A stretch of DNA of 64,000 nt from Spirochaetales bacterium (GTDB lineage: Bacteria; Spirochaetota; JAAYUW01), in NCBI GenBank assembly GCA_012797605.1, contig JAAZOT010000012.1:40293-104292 (forward strand), written 5' to 3'. The notes beneath the pieces were generated by a model that saw only the letters and a program-made list of their open reading frames with translations, searched no databases and was not told the origin of the DNA. The translations under genes and the position numbers were made by a program. Shown here piece after piece: positions 10,059 through 20,461 of this stretch (its first letter is position 1; the number at the start of each line of letters is the position of its first letter).

Positions 10059-10487
10059 ATGAAGAGTAATATAATAGAAATTTTATTAATTTTGGGTTCC
10101 TCTAAAGAGAATGGTGATCAAATAATTAAAAATGCCTCTATTGAAATTTCTAAGTATTTTTTTATTAAAAAGCAAACAAAGATTGTTAAGACATCTTCCT
10201 ATCAAGTTGATTATACTACTTTTTTTTATAATCAAGCAATTGTTATTGAGTCTAATTTTTCAGTTCACAGTATTTTAAAAAGAATGCAAAAGATAGAAAG
10301 AAGTTTTGGGCAAAAGAAGAAAAATCAATTTTGGGGGGACAGAATTTTAGATATTGACATCATATTTGTTGGAGAATTATTATACTACGATTCAACTATT
10401 AATATTCCTCACGAAGGGATATACTCAAGGCAATATATAAAAGATTTTATTAATGAAATAGGATGGAAAAATGAAAAATTTCAGTAA
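10059..10487 (+). CDS. folK: 2-amino-4-hydroxy-6-hydroxymethyldihydropterin pyrophosphokinase (HPPK)
   Basis: 142 aa with IERSFGQKKKNQFWGDRILDIDIIFVGE (the E..GR....WGPR.LDLDIL block) and PHEGIYSRQY. Confidence 0.8.
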   Translation: MKSNIIEILLILGSSKENGDQIIKNASIEISKYFFIKKQTKIVKTSSYQVDYTTFFYNQAIVIESNFSVHSILKRMQKIERSFGQKKKNQFWGDRILDIDIIFVGELLYYDSTINIPHEGIYSRQYIKDFINEIGWKNEKFQ

Positions 10488-11265
10488 CTTTCCTAAGAAA
10501 AAAAGACAACAACAACCTTTGGTTTTAATAACAGCATATTCCTATTCTTTCGCTAAAATTATAGATGATATCGAACAAATAGATGCAATATTAGTAGGAG
10601 ATTCTGTTGCTAATGTTGAATATGGATATAATTCAACTTTGCCAATTACTTTTGAACAGATGCTGAACCATGTTTCTATAGTTTCAAGAACATGCGTTAA
10701 TAAACCAGTTATCGCAGATATGCCTTTTCTTTCCTATGGAGTTTCGCTTAAAGATTCTTTATCAAATTGTGGAAGAATGGTAAAAGAGGGTGGAGCAAAT
10801 GCGGTGAAAATTGAGGGAGGAAAGATTTTCGGAGAACTCATATATAAATTGACATCTATAGGTGTTCCAGTTATGGGACATATTGGTTTAAAACCTCAAC
10901 ATTATAATACGATGGGCGGCTATAAAATAGCTGGTAAAACCGATGATGAAATAGAAGAACTTATAGATGATGCTATTACTCTTGAACAAGCCGGGGCTTT
11001 TTCTTTGATTTTAGAATGTGTTACAGAAGAAGCTTCTAAAGCTATAACAAGCTCGGTATCTATACCAACAATAGGTATTGGTTCTGGTAAATACTGTGAT
11101 GGACAGATATGTGTTTTAAATGACTTACTTGGATTATCTTCATATATTCCTTCATTTATGGAAAAATATGTTGATTTGGCAGCATTATCAAAAGAAGCCA
11201 TAGAAAAATGGGCTGATGATGTAGTTGGAGGAAAATTCCCCAAAAATGCTTATCATAAAAGTTAA
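10471..11265 (+). CDS. panB: 3-methyl-2-oxobutanoate hydroxymethyltransferase
   Basis: LVLITAYSYSFAKIIDD, ILVGDSVANV, ADMPFLSYG, GANAVKIEGG, VMGHIGLKPQ and IPTIGIGSG. Overlaps the folK end by 17 nt. Confidence 0.93.
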   Translation: MKNFSNFPKKKRQQQPLVLITAYSYSFAKIIDDIEQIDAILVGDSVANVEYGYNSTLPITFEQMLNHVSIVSRTCVNKPVIADMPFLSYGVSLKDSLSNCGRMVKEGGANAVKIEGGKIFGELIYKLTSIGVPVMGHIGLKPQHYNTMGGYKIAGKTDDEIEELIDDAITLEQAGAFSLILECVTEEASKAITSSVSIPTIGIGSGKYCDGQICVLNDLLGLSSYIPSFMEKYVDLAALSKEAIEKWADDVVGGKFPKNAYHKS

Positions 11266-11302
11266 TAAGTAAAAGGGTTAAATAAGATAAAAAGGTTAAT
11301 TT

Positions 11303-12157
11303 ATGGAAATAATAAAAGATTCTAAAGAGATGCAAGATAAGATCTTAATATTAAAAAAGAGAAATACAAGTATTGGTTTTGTTCCTACAATGGGTGCCCT
11401 TCATGAAGGGCATCTTTCTTTAATAAAGCAAGCAAAAAAAGAGAATGAAATTGTAGTGGTATCAATATTTGTGAATCCTAAGCAATTTGGTCCTAATGAA
11501 GATTATAGTAAATATCCAAGGGTTCATGATCAAGATATATCTTTATGTGACAAGGAATCTGTTGATTTTATTTTTTTACCACAAGAAAGTACCTTTTATG
11601 ATCCCGATCATTTAACCTATGTCGAAGTAGAAAATCTTAGCAACCTACATTGTGGGAAGAGTAGACCCGGGCATTTTAGGGGAGTAACAACTGTAGTTGC
11701 AAAATTATTTAATATTGTTCAACCAGATAGAGCTTATTTCGGTAAAAAAGATTTTCAACAACTGATCATAATAAAAAAAATGGTCGAAGATCTATCATTT
11801 CCAATTGAGATTATTGGTTGTCCAATAGTTAGAGATTTCGATGGTTTAGCTTTATCGTCGAGAAATAAATATCTCACTACGGAAGAAAGAAAAATTGCAT
11901 TAAAAATTTCTCAAACTCTTTTTAGAGCAAAAGAATCAATTTTGAAAAATGAAAATGATTCACAGGTTATATACAATAAGATTTATGAAGAATTAAACAG
12001 TACCGAAGGAATAAAGATAGATTACATAAGCATTGTGGATGATAAATTTTTACAACCTGTAAATATTATTACCAAAAATACTGTTATTTTAATTGCGTGT
12101 TTCGTTGGCTCTACTAGATTAATTGATAATTTACATTGTTCAGATTTTTTAAATTAA
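11303..12157 (+). CDS. panC: Pantoate--beta-alanine ligase
   Basis: IGFVPTMGALHEGHLSLIKQAK, VVSIFVNPKQFGPNEDYSKYPR, RPGHFRGVTTVVAKLFNIVQPDRAYFGKKDFQQ and LALSSRNKYL. Confidence 0.95.
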   Translation: MEIIKDSKEMQDKILILKKRNTSIGFVPTMGALHEGHLSLIKQAKKENEIVVVSIFVNPKQFGPNEDYSKYPRVHDQDISLCDKESVDFIFLPQESTFYDPDHLTYVEVENLSNLHCGKSRPGHFRGVTTVVAKLFNIVQPDRAYFGKKDFQQLIIIKKMVEDLSFPIEIIGCPIVRDFDGLALSSRNKYLTTEERKIALKISQTLFRAKESILKNENDSQVIYNKIYEELNSTEGIKIDYISIVDDKFLQPVNIITKNTVILIACFVGSTRLIDNLHCSDFLN

Positions 12158-12241
12158 GCATATTTTGTTAGTTGTATTTATTTGACTTTTTATAAATGTT
12201 TGTATACTTTCGTAGACATCAATTCTCAAAGGATAATAATT

Positions 12242-13891
12242 ATGCATGAAAAAACATTAGATTTTAAAAAAGAGGTGGAAAATTCATTACGAAATATCAA
12301 GGAACCAAGACCAAATAAAATAATTAAAGGAAAAATTATTTCAATAACTCCCACTGAAGTATTTATTGATATCGATTGGACTTCAGAAATAATAATACCT
12401 ATTGAAGAATTTAAACAATCACCTATAGTTGGTGATTATGTAGACATCTACTGCTTTTTAGATAAAGAAAATGAAATCCAATTTAGCAAATCAAAAGCAG
12501 ATGAAATAAAAAAAAGAGATGATATTTTTCAAAAATATAAAAATAGTATCCCTGTTGAAAGTAAAATAATTTCAGTTTCAAAAGATAAAAAAACTTTCTC
12601 AGTAGATTTGGATGGATTAAAGGCTATTTGTTATACAGATAATCTTATTAAAGATTCTCATGAGGATCCTTCTTCTTTAATTGAAAAACAATTTAAATTT
12701 ATAATTAAATCAATTAATTCAAACAGAATTGTATTATCTCACAAAGATTACCTAATAAATCAAACAAGAATAGAAAGAGAAAGATTTTTTAAAGAACAAA
12801 AAGTGGGTAATATAGTTGATGGCATAGTGAAAAAAATTGTTGAAGATAATAAAGGTATAGAAGTTGATCTTGGTGGTTTCAGCGGTTTTGTGCCGGTTTC
12901 GGAAATTTCTTATTCTAAATATAAACCCATTGAAGAAACAGTTCAAATAGGTGAAAAATTAAAATTAAAAATCATAGATTTAGATAGAGATCAAAATAAA
13001 ATAATATTATCCTTAAAGAGAATAAAACCAAACCCATGGTTTTCAGTTTCTATTAAAAAAGATGATGTAATTAAAGGTGTAGTTAGGGAGAATACTGATA
13101 ATGGAATAATTGTTGAGATTGAAGAAGGAGTGACTGGTTTTATCTATAAAAAAGATTTTTCCTGGTTCGAATCAACTGAGGAAGAACATAAAAATATAAA
13201 AAAGGATTCATATATTGAAGCAAAAGTTCTATCTGTAGATAAGAAAAATAGAAAGATTTCCCTTGGATTGAAACAGTTGACTATTCATCCCTGGGATCAA
13301 TATGTAGAAAATCACAAAGAAAAAACTGTTGTTAAAGGTAAAATTGCTAGAGTTGTTGATTTTGGGTTTTTTATTGAATTAGATAAAGGGGTAGATGGAT
13401 TACTTCATAAGAATGAATTGGATTGGATAAAACAGGAAGAAATTTACAAAGAGTTAAGTGAAAAATTAGGTAAAGAAATTGATGTTTTAATTGATAGTAT
13501 CAATAAGGATAAAAAACAAATTTCTCTATCAATAAAAAAATTGAGTGATGATCCATGGAAAATAGTACAGACTAATTATCCAGTAAATTCTATAGTAGAG
13601 GTTATTATTTCAGAAATTGAAGAAAAAAGAATGAAAGCTGTTCTTTTTGAAAAAATAGATGCGATTATTCCTATTTCTGAAGCTTCTTTGGATACAATCT
13701 ACTCTTTAAAAGATTCTTTTAAGATTGGAGACAAAGTTACGGCGAAAGTTAAAAAAATTGAACCCAAAAAAGGTTCAGTACTACTTTCTATAAAAGATTA
13801 TCAGCAGCAGCAACAAGAAAATGAGATCAAAGAATATAAATATGATTCTCAGGTTTCTAAAGTAACATTTGCAGATTTAATAAAAAAATAG
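12242..13891 (+). CDS. rpsA: 30S ribosomal protein S1 (six S1 domains)
   Basis: Repeated S1/OB units (GKIISITPTEVFIDI..., GIVKKIVEDNKGIEVDLGGFSGFVPVSEIS, GVVRENTDNGIIVEIEEGVTGFIYKKDFSW, GKIARVVDFGFFIELDKGVDGLLHKNELDW...). The track start at 12182 is TTG; ATG 12242 (MHEKTLDF) is more likely. Confidence 0.9.
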   Translation: MHEKTLDFKKEVENSLRNIKEPRPNKIIKGKIISITPTEVFIDIDWTSEIIIPIEEFKQSPIVGDYVDIYCFLDKENEIQFSKSKADEIKKRDDIFQKYKNSIPVESKIISVSKDKKTFSVDLDGLKAICYTDNLIKDSHEDPSSLIEKQFKFIIKSINSNRIVLSHKDYLINQTRIERERFFKEQKVGNIVDGIVKKIVEDNKGIEVDLGGFSGFVPVSEISYSKYKPIEETVQIGEKLKLKIIDLDRDQNKIILSLKRIKPNPWFSVSIKKDDVIKGVVRENTDNGIIVEIEEGVTGFIYKKDFSWFESTEEEHKNIKKDSYIEAKVLSVDKKNRKISLGLKQLTIHPWDQYVENHKEKTVVKGKIARVVDFGFFIELDKGVDGLLHKNELDWIKQEEIYKELSEKLGKEIDVLIDSINKDKKQISLSIKKLSDDPWKIVQTNYPVNSIVEVIISEIEEKRMKAVLFEKIDAIIPISEASLDTIYSLKDSFKIGDKVTAKVKKIEPKKGSVLLSIKDYQQQQQENEIKEYKYDSQVSKVTFADLIKK

Positions 13892-13900
13892 AGAAAAGTA

Positions 13901-15403
13901 ATGCTAGAAATTGAAAAGATTACTAAAATTCTAGAAGTATTTTCTACTTTGACAAAATCAGTTCAAATAGAAGAACTGTTGAAGTTAATAATTGATAATG
14001 CTACAAATGTAATAGAAGCTGAAGCATCATCATTGCTATTATATGATGATGAGAGAGAGAATCTTTATTTCTATATAGTTACAGGTGAAAAAAGGGATGC
14101 CATTAAAAGACAAGCTTACGAACTTAAACCAGGCCAAGGTATAGCTGGTTGGGTAGCAAAATATGGATCTCCTTTAATAGTAAACAAAGTAGAGGAGGAT
14201 CCAAGGTTTTTTCCAGATATTTCAAAGGAGATTCAATTTAAAACAAGAAATATTCTTTGTACACCTTTAATAATCGAAGAAACAATAATAGGTGTAATTG
14301 AACTATTAAATAAAATAGGTGGAGATTTTACTGAAGAAGATCAGATTCTTCTAACAGCTTTTTCGAAACAGTGTTCTATTCTTATTCAGCAAAAAAGATT
14401 ATATCATCAATTAAAAAATAAGACAGAATACTTAGAATCTCAATTAAATACTTACAAATTATCTAGAAAAATAATTGGAGAATCTCCAATTTTAAAAGAA
14501 AAATTTAAGATGGCGGAAATAGTAGCGAATTCGGATTCTACAGTTTTACTTCAAGGCGAATCTGGAACTGGAAAAGAGTTATTTGCTGAATTAATTCACA
14601 ATCTTTCAAAAAGGAAATCAAAACCATTTGTGAAAGTTAATTGCGCAGCAATTCCAGAAACATTACTAGAATCTGAATTGTTTGGATATAGCAAGGGTGC
14701 TTTTACTGGAGCGATAAAGGATACTATAGGTAAATTAGAGCTCGCAGATGGGGGAACAGTTTTCTTAGATGAAATAGGGGAAATTCCATTATCTACTCAA
14801 GCTAAATTACTTCGTTTTTTGGAATCTAAAGAAATCCAAAAATTAGGCTCCAATTTACCCTCAACTGTAAATGTAAGAATTATAGCAGCAACAAATAAAG
14901 ATTTGCCTCAGGAAGTAGCAAATAAAAGATTTAGAGAAGATTTATACTATAGATTAAATGTTTTTCCTATATACCTTCCACCATTAAGAGATAGAATAGA
15001 AGACATACCAATATTAGCCAATCATTTTATTGAAAAATATAATAAAGAACTTAATAAACATATAAATTCTTTATCAGAAGCTGCCTTAAAGAAATTAACT
15101 GACTATCATTGGCCTGGAAATATTAGGGAATTAGAAAATATAATTGAGAGATCTTGCGTTCTATGTGAGGGGAATGAAATTACAGAAGAACAGATTCTAT
15201 TGAATGTTAAAAACCCCACACCTGCAATCTCATCAGATCAAATAATCCCATTAAAAGATGCAATAAACAAATTTAAAAAAGACTATATAACTGATGTATT
15301 AAATAAATATAATTGGAAACAAAATGAAACTGCTAAGCAACTTGATATTCAAAGAACATACCTTTCAAGACTAATTAAAGAGTTAAATATAAATAAGAAT
15401 TAA
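13901..15403 (+). CDS. Sigma-54-dependent transcriptional activator, GAF sensor + AAA+ + Fis-type HTH
   Basis: N-terminal GAF-like domain ([16 protein letters not shown]...[25 protein letters not shown]...IGVIELLNK). AAA+ core [33 protein letters not shown] (GAFTGA loop), FLDEIGE and [16 protein letters not shown]-terminal [20 protein letters not shown]. Confidence 0.9.
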   Translation: MLEIEKITKILEVFSTLTKSVQIEELLKLIIDNATNVIEAEASSLLLYDDERENLYFYIVTGEKRDAIKRQAYELKPGQGIAGWVAKYGSPLIVNKVEEDPRFFPDISKEIQFKTRNILCTPLIIEETIIGVIELLNKIGGDFTEEDQILLTAFSKQCSILIQQKRLYHQLKNKTEYLESQLNTYKLSRKIIGESPILKEKFKMAEIVANSDSTVLLQGESGTGKELFAELIHNLSKRKSKPFVKVNCAAIPETLLESELFGYSKGAFTGAIKDTIGKLELADGGTVFLDEIGEIPLSTQAKLLRFLESKEIQKLGSNLPSTVNVRIIAATNKDLPQEVANKRFREDLYYRLNVFPIYLPPLRDRIEDIPILANHFIEKYNKELNKHINSLSEAALKKLTDYHWPGNIRELENIIERSCVLCEGNEITEEQILLNVKNPTPAISSDQIIPLKDAINKFKKDYITDVLNKYNWKQNETAKQLDIQRTYLSRLIKELNINKN

Positions 15404-15422
15404 AATTATTTTAGGAGTATTT

Positions 15423-16151
15423 ATGAAGCAATTGAATAGACCAATTAGAAAAAATTATCCTACAAATTTTAGCTACAATGTCGATTTACTTTTTTATTAC
15501 TTAAAGAAAAATAGGTTACTTTTTATAATTATCTTTGCAATAATTATTGTATCAACTATTGGGATCTTTACATATAGTCTAATTGTTCAAAACAATGCAA
15601 AAAAATCCTTAATATTAATGGAATCTGTTTATGACAATGTGACATTATATATAGATAAATATAGTACAATAAACAATAAAAAAGAGTTGAGGGGAAATAT
15701 TGACCCAGTATTAGAAAAAATAATAAAAAAATATCCAAACACTTTGGAATATTCTAGAGCTCATTATTATCTTGGGTTAATGGACTATTTAGATGGGAAT
15801 TATGAAAGTTGTATAACTCACTTGAAGAAGATTTTATATAAAAATACTCATTTCTCTGTAAATGTATATTTCGGTTTAATTCAATCTTACTTAAGTATCA
15901 ATGATTTTGAAAATGCTGAAAAATATGCCCATTTGATGTATAAGAAGTTTAAGAAAAATAACTTTGGAGCTTTAGCATGCTATTTATTGGGTAAAATTTA
16001 TGAGATCCAAAAGGATTCTCAAAAAGCATTAGAATACTATCATAAAATTGAAAAAGATTATGGTTCCTCATACCTTGCTATGGATCAAAAAATTAAAAAC
16101 AATATTCTTTTATATGAAATTGAAAGTAAAATGTTGCCAAATATTGAATAA
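15423..16151 (+). CDS. Membrane-anchored TPR-repeat protein
   Basis: One N-terminal TM segment (LLFIIIFAIIIVSTIGIFTY), then TPR-like helical pairs (YSRAHYYLGLMDYLDGNYESCITHLKKIL; ACYLLGKIYEIQKDSQKALEYYHKI). Confidence 0.6.
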   Translation: MKQLNRPIRKNYPTNFSYNVDLLFYYLKKNRLLFIIIFAIIIVSTIGIFTYSLIVQNNAKKSLILMESVYDNVTLYIDKYSTINNKKELRGNIDPVLEKIIKKYPNTLEYSRAHYYLGLMDYLDGNYESCITHLKKILYKNTHFSVNVYFGLIQSYLSINDFENAEKYAHLMYKKFKKNNFGALACYLLGKIYEIQKDSQKALEYYHKIEKDYGSSYLAMDQKIKNNILLYEIESKMLPNIE

Positions 16152-16205
16152 GTATTATTATAAAAATATAAAAAAAAATAGTATTTTCAAAAAAAAGAGG
16201 CAACA

Positions 16206-18293
16206 ATGAATTTAAAGGGATTGAAAAAGAATAAACTAGTGGTCCCTATATTCATAGCTATTTTTGTTTCATTAGTAATTATTTTGTTATATTATGTTTT
16301 TATCTCATTTGATAGATCTACCATTTTTGATTTGTTCACAGATTTAAAAATCCCTGGTTCGGCACCTAAAGAGGTAAAAGAAGGAATTGAAGTAACCCAG
16401 GAAAATCCAAATGTACTTCCATCCATCGAACTAGTAATTGTCGATGCCAGATCTTTACAAGCGGATAAAATGGGTGAATGGCCATTCCCTCGATGGATGT
16501 ATATTCCAGTTATAGAATCTTTTATAGATTCGAAGGGGAATCCAATACCTAATGGAGTCGTATTAGATATAGCATTCCTTTCAAAAAGATCGGAACAAGT
16601 GCAAACTCCCCAAAACTTAAAAGAAAGTGAAGACAAATTACTTGCCAATGCGATTAAGAAACTTGGTAAAGTATACATGCAGTTTTATCTCGAAGCTAAA
16701 AAATCTAATACTACATATGGTGAATATGAATCTGAATATATAAAGAATAATTATTCTATCCCTCTTTCTAAGGCAAAATATAAAGGACAAATATTAAATG
16801 AATCTCTTACTCAATACTTGAATTCATTGTATTGGAAAGAAATTATCCCTCCATATAAAGAATATATTGGCTCTGAAAAAGCTTTTGGAACACCTTCCAC
16901 AGTATCTTTACAGGATCAAATTGTAAGATTTTTTCCATTAGTATATGTTTATGACAATAATATATATTTTAATCAGGTATTTTTGTATTATTTAGATAGA
17001 ATCGGTGTTTCTTTTAAAGATGTTGAAATTGATTTTGGTCGTTATATTACTATTCCTTCAAAGAATGTTAAGATTCCTATTGATATATATGGTCAAATGC
17101 GGTTGAATTATGTTGGAAACGCCGGATCTTTATTTCATGGAATATCTATATATGATCTGTACAATCCAGATCAAATTGATAAAGAAACTAAAGAGATATA
17201 TTTCAAGGATAAAGATATCTTTATTGGGGTTTATACAACGGGAGCTGCTCGAGACTATAAACCTACTCCTGCAGGCATGATGTATGGAGTTGAATGGCTT
17301 GCTTTAGCTTTTAATCAATTGATGCAAAATTCATTCTATTACGAGTTACCTTATATTTATTCAGTATTAATAATTTTGCTTATGTCGTTGATTGTTATGG
17401 TAATCATTTCAAGATTCTCAACTCTAAGATCTTATTTATTTGTTGGAATAATTCTTTTTGTTTATTCGTTCGCTTCATTTTGGCTATTTAAGAAAAATAT
17501 TTTAATACCCTATTCATCGGTAGTTTTATCAATCTTATTGTCCTTTATAGGATTAATTGCTTATCGAATTCTTACAGAAGAAAAAGAAAAAAAATTTATT
17601 AGGAATACTTTTTCAAACTTTGTATCTAAAGTTATTGTTGATGAACTTTTAAAACACCCAGAAATGATTAAGCTTGGCGGTGAAAGAAAAGAAATAACCG
17701 TTTTATTTTCAGATATAAGAAGTTTCACGACATTATCTGAAAAGTATCAACCTGAAGAAATTGTAGGAATCTTAAATAATTATCTTTCAAGGATGACAAC
17801 TACAATTTTTAAGTATGAAGGTACTTTGGATAAATATGTTGGTGATGAAATCATGGCTTTTTGGAATGCCCCACTTCCTCAAGAAGATCATGCTACTTTG
17901 GCATGTTTAACAGCTCTTGAAATGATGAAGGAATTAAATTTATTTAATCAAGAAATGCCCCCTGAATATAGATTAAATATAGGAATTGGTATTAATACTG
18001 GTGAGGCAATCGTCGGTAACATGGGTTCTACAAGTAGAATGGATTATACTTTGATAGGAGATACAGTCAATACTGGCGCTAGATTGGAAGGTACCAACAA
18101 AGTTTACAGTACAAATATTATAATTTCAGAATTTACTTACGATAAGGTAAAAGATTTTTTTGTTTGCAGACTTCTAGATAAGATAAAGGTAAAAGGGAAA
18201 AGCATTCCAGTATCGATTTATGAGCTTCTAGATGTAAAAGAAGACTTTGATGTTGAAGGTTTATTGAAAAAATATAAAAAAGTTAAAGCTTAA
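16206..18293 (+). CDS. CHASE2-sensor class III adenylate/guanylate cyclase
   Basis: N-terminal TM plus periplasmic CHASE2-like region (VIVDARSLQADKMGEWPFPRWMY), three or four TM segments, and a C-terminal cyclase domain (ITVLFSDIRSFTTLSE, LDKYVGDEIMAFWNAP, IGINTGEAIVGNMGS, DYTLIGDTVNTGARLE). Confidence 0.88.
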   Translation: MNLKGLKKNKLVVPIFIAIFVSLVIILLYYVFISFDRSTIFDLFTDLKIPGSAPKEVKEGIEVTQENPNVLPSIELVIVDARSLQADKMGEWPFPRWMYIPVIESFIDSKGNPIPNGVVLDIAFLSKRSEQVQTPQNLKESEDKLLANAIKKLGKVYMQFYLEAKKSNTTYGEYESEYIKNNYSIPLSKAKYKGQILNESLTQYLNSLYWKEIIPPYKEYIGSEKAFGTPSTVSLQDQIVRFFPLVYVYDNNIYFNQVFLYYLDRIGVSFKDVEIDFGRYITIPSKNVKIPIDIYGQMRLNYVGNAGSLFHGISIYDLYNPDQIDKETKEIYFKDKDIFIGVYTTGAARDYKPTPAGMMYGVEWLALAFNQLMQNSFYYELPYIYSVLIILLMSLIVMVIISRFSTLRSYLFVGIILFVYSFASFWLFKKNILIPYSSVVLSILLSFIGLIAYRILTEEKEKKFIRNTFSNFVSKVIVDELLKHPEMIKLGGERKEITVLFSDIRSFTTLSEKYQPEEIVGILNNYLSRMTTTIFKYEGTLDKYVGDEIMAFWNAPLPQEDHATLACLTALEMMKELNLFNQEMPPEYRLNIGIGINTGEAIVGNMGSTSRMDYTLIGDTVNTGARLEGTNKVYSTNIIISEFTYDKVKDFFVCRLLDKIKVKGKSIPVSIYELLDVKEDFDVEGLLKKYKKVKA

Positions 18294-18310
18294 TAATAAC
18301 CAGTTACTTT

Positions 18311-18907
18311 ATGGTAATATCTAAAAAGATTTTTCTTGTAATTTTTCTTGTTTTTATTTTTGTTTCTTATCTATTCTATTTTTTAGGTTGTGGAATTCCA
18401 GAGGTGCTTCCATCATTAAATATACCTATTGCTGATATTAATTCAGTAAGCATAGAGGACATTTCTGAATTTGAGACTAAATATATTATTTTTACATGCA
18501 CAAATAATGAATCCTACTTCCAAGGTTATTATTTCTTTTATAGAGATTCATCAAATTTTTTAAATCAAGCTTCATTTAGTTATTTTGATCAAGATTTAAA
18601 AAAATGGGTAATTATTGATAGTATTCCATTAGAAAGTGAATTATTAGAGTTTAAAATAATGAAAAATTTTCCATTCACATTTTATTTCAGCAAATCATCT
18701 TACCTATATTCATCGAATGGTGGTTCAATAAGAGATACTTACCTTATTGTGCAAAAAGATAATGAAAATAATTTATCCGATCTATATACAAAAGGGAAAT
18801 CACTTACTATCTATTTAATACCAATAGGTAAAGATTCTAATGGTCCTTATGTTTATACCCCAGCCTTTTCCACTTCTTCAAATAGAGTAATATTTAATTT
18901 TAAGTGA
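18311..18907 (+). CDS. Hypothetical lipoprotein
   Basis: Signal peptide ending in a lipobox-like FLGC (YLFYFLGCG). I recognise no family. Tightly follows the cyclase gene (17-nt gap). Confidence 0.5.
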   Translation: MVISKKIFLVIFLVFIFVSYLFYFLGCGIPEVLPSLNIPIADINSVSIEDISEFETKYIIFTCTNNESYFQGYYFFYRDSSNFLNQASFSYFDQDLKKWVIIDSIPLESELLEFKIMKNFPFTFYFSKSSYLYSSNGGSIRDTYLIVQKDNENNLSDLYTKGKSLTIYLIPIGKDSNGPYVYTPAFSTSSNRVIFNFK

Positions 18908-18914
18908 GGGATGA

Positions 18915-19220
18915 ATGCAATATAATATTTTAAACGACCCAGTCATTAGATTTATTTTTCATATACTTTTTTATTCCATAATTGGTTTTGGTAGTGCTTT
19001 ATACTTTTATTATTTTTTAAAAAAGAAATTTAATACCAATTTTTGGTTTTTACTTGCAGTTTTTTTTGGATTAATAGGGGCAGCATTAGGTTCATATTTT
19101 TTAAATGATTTATTTAAAATACTAACTCAATGGCCACTTGGAATTAATACACTTGCGACCCTGTTTGGCGCATTTTTTCTTATAGGAATCTATTCTTTTA
19201 TCTCTTCAATTAAATCTTAA
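18915..19220 (+). CDS. Small integral membrane protein (3 predicted TM helices)
   Basis: 101 aa, hydrophobic, with Gly-rich helices (FFGLIGAALGSYFL). GAGGG RBS upstream. Family not confidently recognised. Confidence 0.45.
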   Translation: MQYNILNDPVIRFIFHILFYSIIGFGSALYFYYFLKKKFNTNFWFLLAVFFGLIGAALGSYFLNDLFKILTQWPLGINTLATLFGAFFLIGIYSFISSIKS

Positions 19221-19471
19221 TTGGTATTAGAATTGGAGCAGCCACAACTCGCATTGCTTGAACAACAAGAGTTTTCCTCTTTCTTTTTATTTTTATAATC
19301 TGTGCAATAAAAACCACTTCCCTTAAATAATATTCCACTTCCTGCTGAAAAAACTTTTTTTACATTTTCAGAACCACAATTTGGACAATTCGTTTTATGT
19401 TCTTCAGTCATTGAAAACCATTTTTCAAAATTATTATTGCAATCATCACAATGAAATTCGTAAGTTGGCAT
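19217..19471 (-). CDS. FmdB-family zinc-ribbon protein
   Basis: MPTYEFHCDDCNNNFEKW...CPNCGSENVKKVFS is the CxxC...CxxC FmdB signature. Cys/Ser-rich C-terminal tail. Confidence 0.8.
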   Translation of the reverse strand: MPTYEFHCDDCNNNFEKWFSMTEEHKTNCPNCGSENVKKVFSAGSGILFKGSGFYCTDYKNKKKEENSCCSSNASCGCSNSNTN

Positions 19472-19486
19472 AAACCCTCCAGAAAT

Positions 19487-20461
19487 TTAATTTTTAGAAA
19501 AATTTTTTAATAATTTTCTTATTTTATCTAGATTTATATATACAAAAAGAGAAGCTAAAATAATAAATATACCAAAAATTTTATTTAAGCCAACATTTTC
19601 AAATAAAATAATGCTATTTAAAAGTAAAACAACGATTGGTTTTAAATAAAATACTAAAGAAACCTTTACTGCGTCAAGATTTTTTAATGCATAAAAATAT
19701 GTTATATATGCTAAACCTGTTACACCAAAAGAGAGTGTAGATAATAATACAATTTTTTCAAGATTGATATTACTAATAAATATAAAAATATCGTTTTTAT
19801 AAAGGATAAAAGATAAAATAATAAGTAACAAACCATTGAAAGAGAATGAAACTGAATTTAAAGTAACAGATGAAACCTTTTTTAAAAGTTTCTTACTTAA
19901 AATTGTATATAATGCAAAGCTTATAGATGCTATAATGGCTAAAAAAATAGAGATGCTATTATCACCTTTGTCTTTTTTATATATGACAATGAAAATTCCA
20001 AAAACACCTATTAATAAAAGTATTAGCTGGATAAAATCAAAAAGAAGATTTTTAGATTTATTATCACTTTTTTTGTTGAAGGTTTTTTCTAAAAATGTTT
20101 GAATTATAAAAACGAAGACTGGATTCGAACTTATTATTATGGCAGAGGTGGTTGCATTACCTAGTTTCACTGCAAATTGCAATGACAGCATCGCAATACA
20201 TACATTTAAAAAACCAGTTAATAGGATCTGTAATTTTTGATTGAATTTTAATATGGTAAATTCACTAATAATATCTTTGAAAAACAAGAATAGAATAAAT
20301 AATCCACCCAAAAAAAATCTTATTCCAGTTAGAACTATAGAATTCAATTCAATTTTTTTTGAGATTATTTCAAATAAAGAGAAAAAAAGCAAAGTGAAAC
20401 CTAAAGAAGATATTATTTTAATGTTATTGATTTTTTTTTCTTTCCCAGACAAGTTGACCAC
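19487..20461 (-). CDS. EamA/DMT-superfamily transporter
   Basis: About 10 TM helices in two halves and an AT-rich-genome-typical I/L/F composition. The length fits a duplicated EamA domain. GTG start as drawn; the start is uncertain. Confidence 0.75.
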   Translation of the reverse strand: MVNLSGKEKKINNIKIISSLGFTLLFFSLFEIISKKIELNSIVLTGIRFFLGGLFILFLFFKDIISEFTILKFNQKLQILLTGFLNVCIAMLSLQFAVKLGNATTSAIIISSNPVFVFIIQTFLEKTFNKKSDNKSKNLLFDFIQLILLLIGVFGIFIVIYKKDKGDNSISIFLAIIASISFALYTILSKKLLKKVSSVTLNSVSFSFNGLLLIILSFILYKNDIFIFISNINLEKIVLLSTLSFGVTGLAYITYFYALKNLDAVKVSLVFYLKPIVVLLLNSIILFENVGLNKIFGIFIILASLFVYINLDKIRKLLKNFSKN

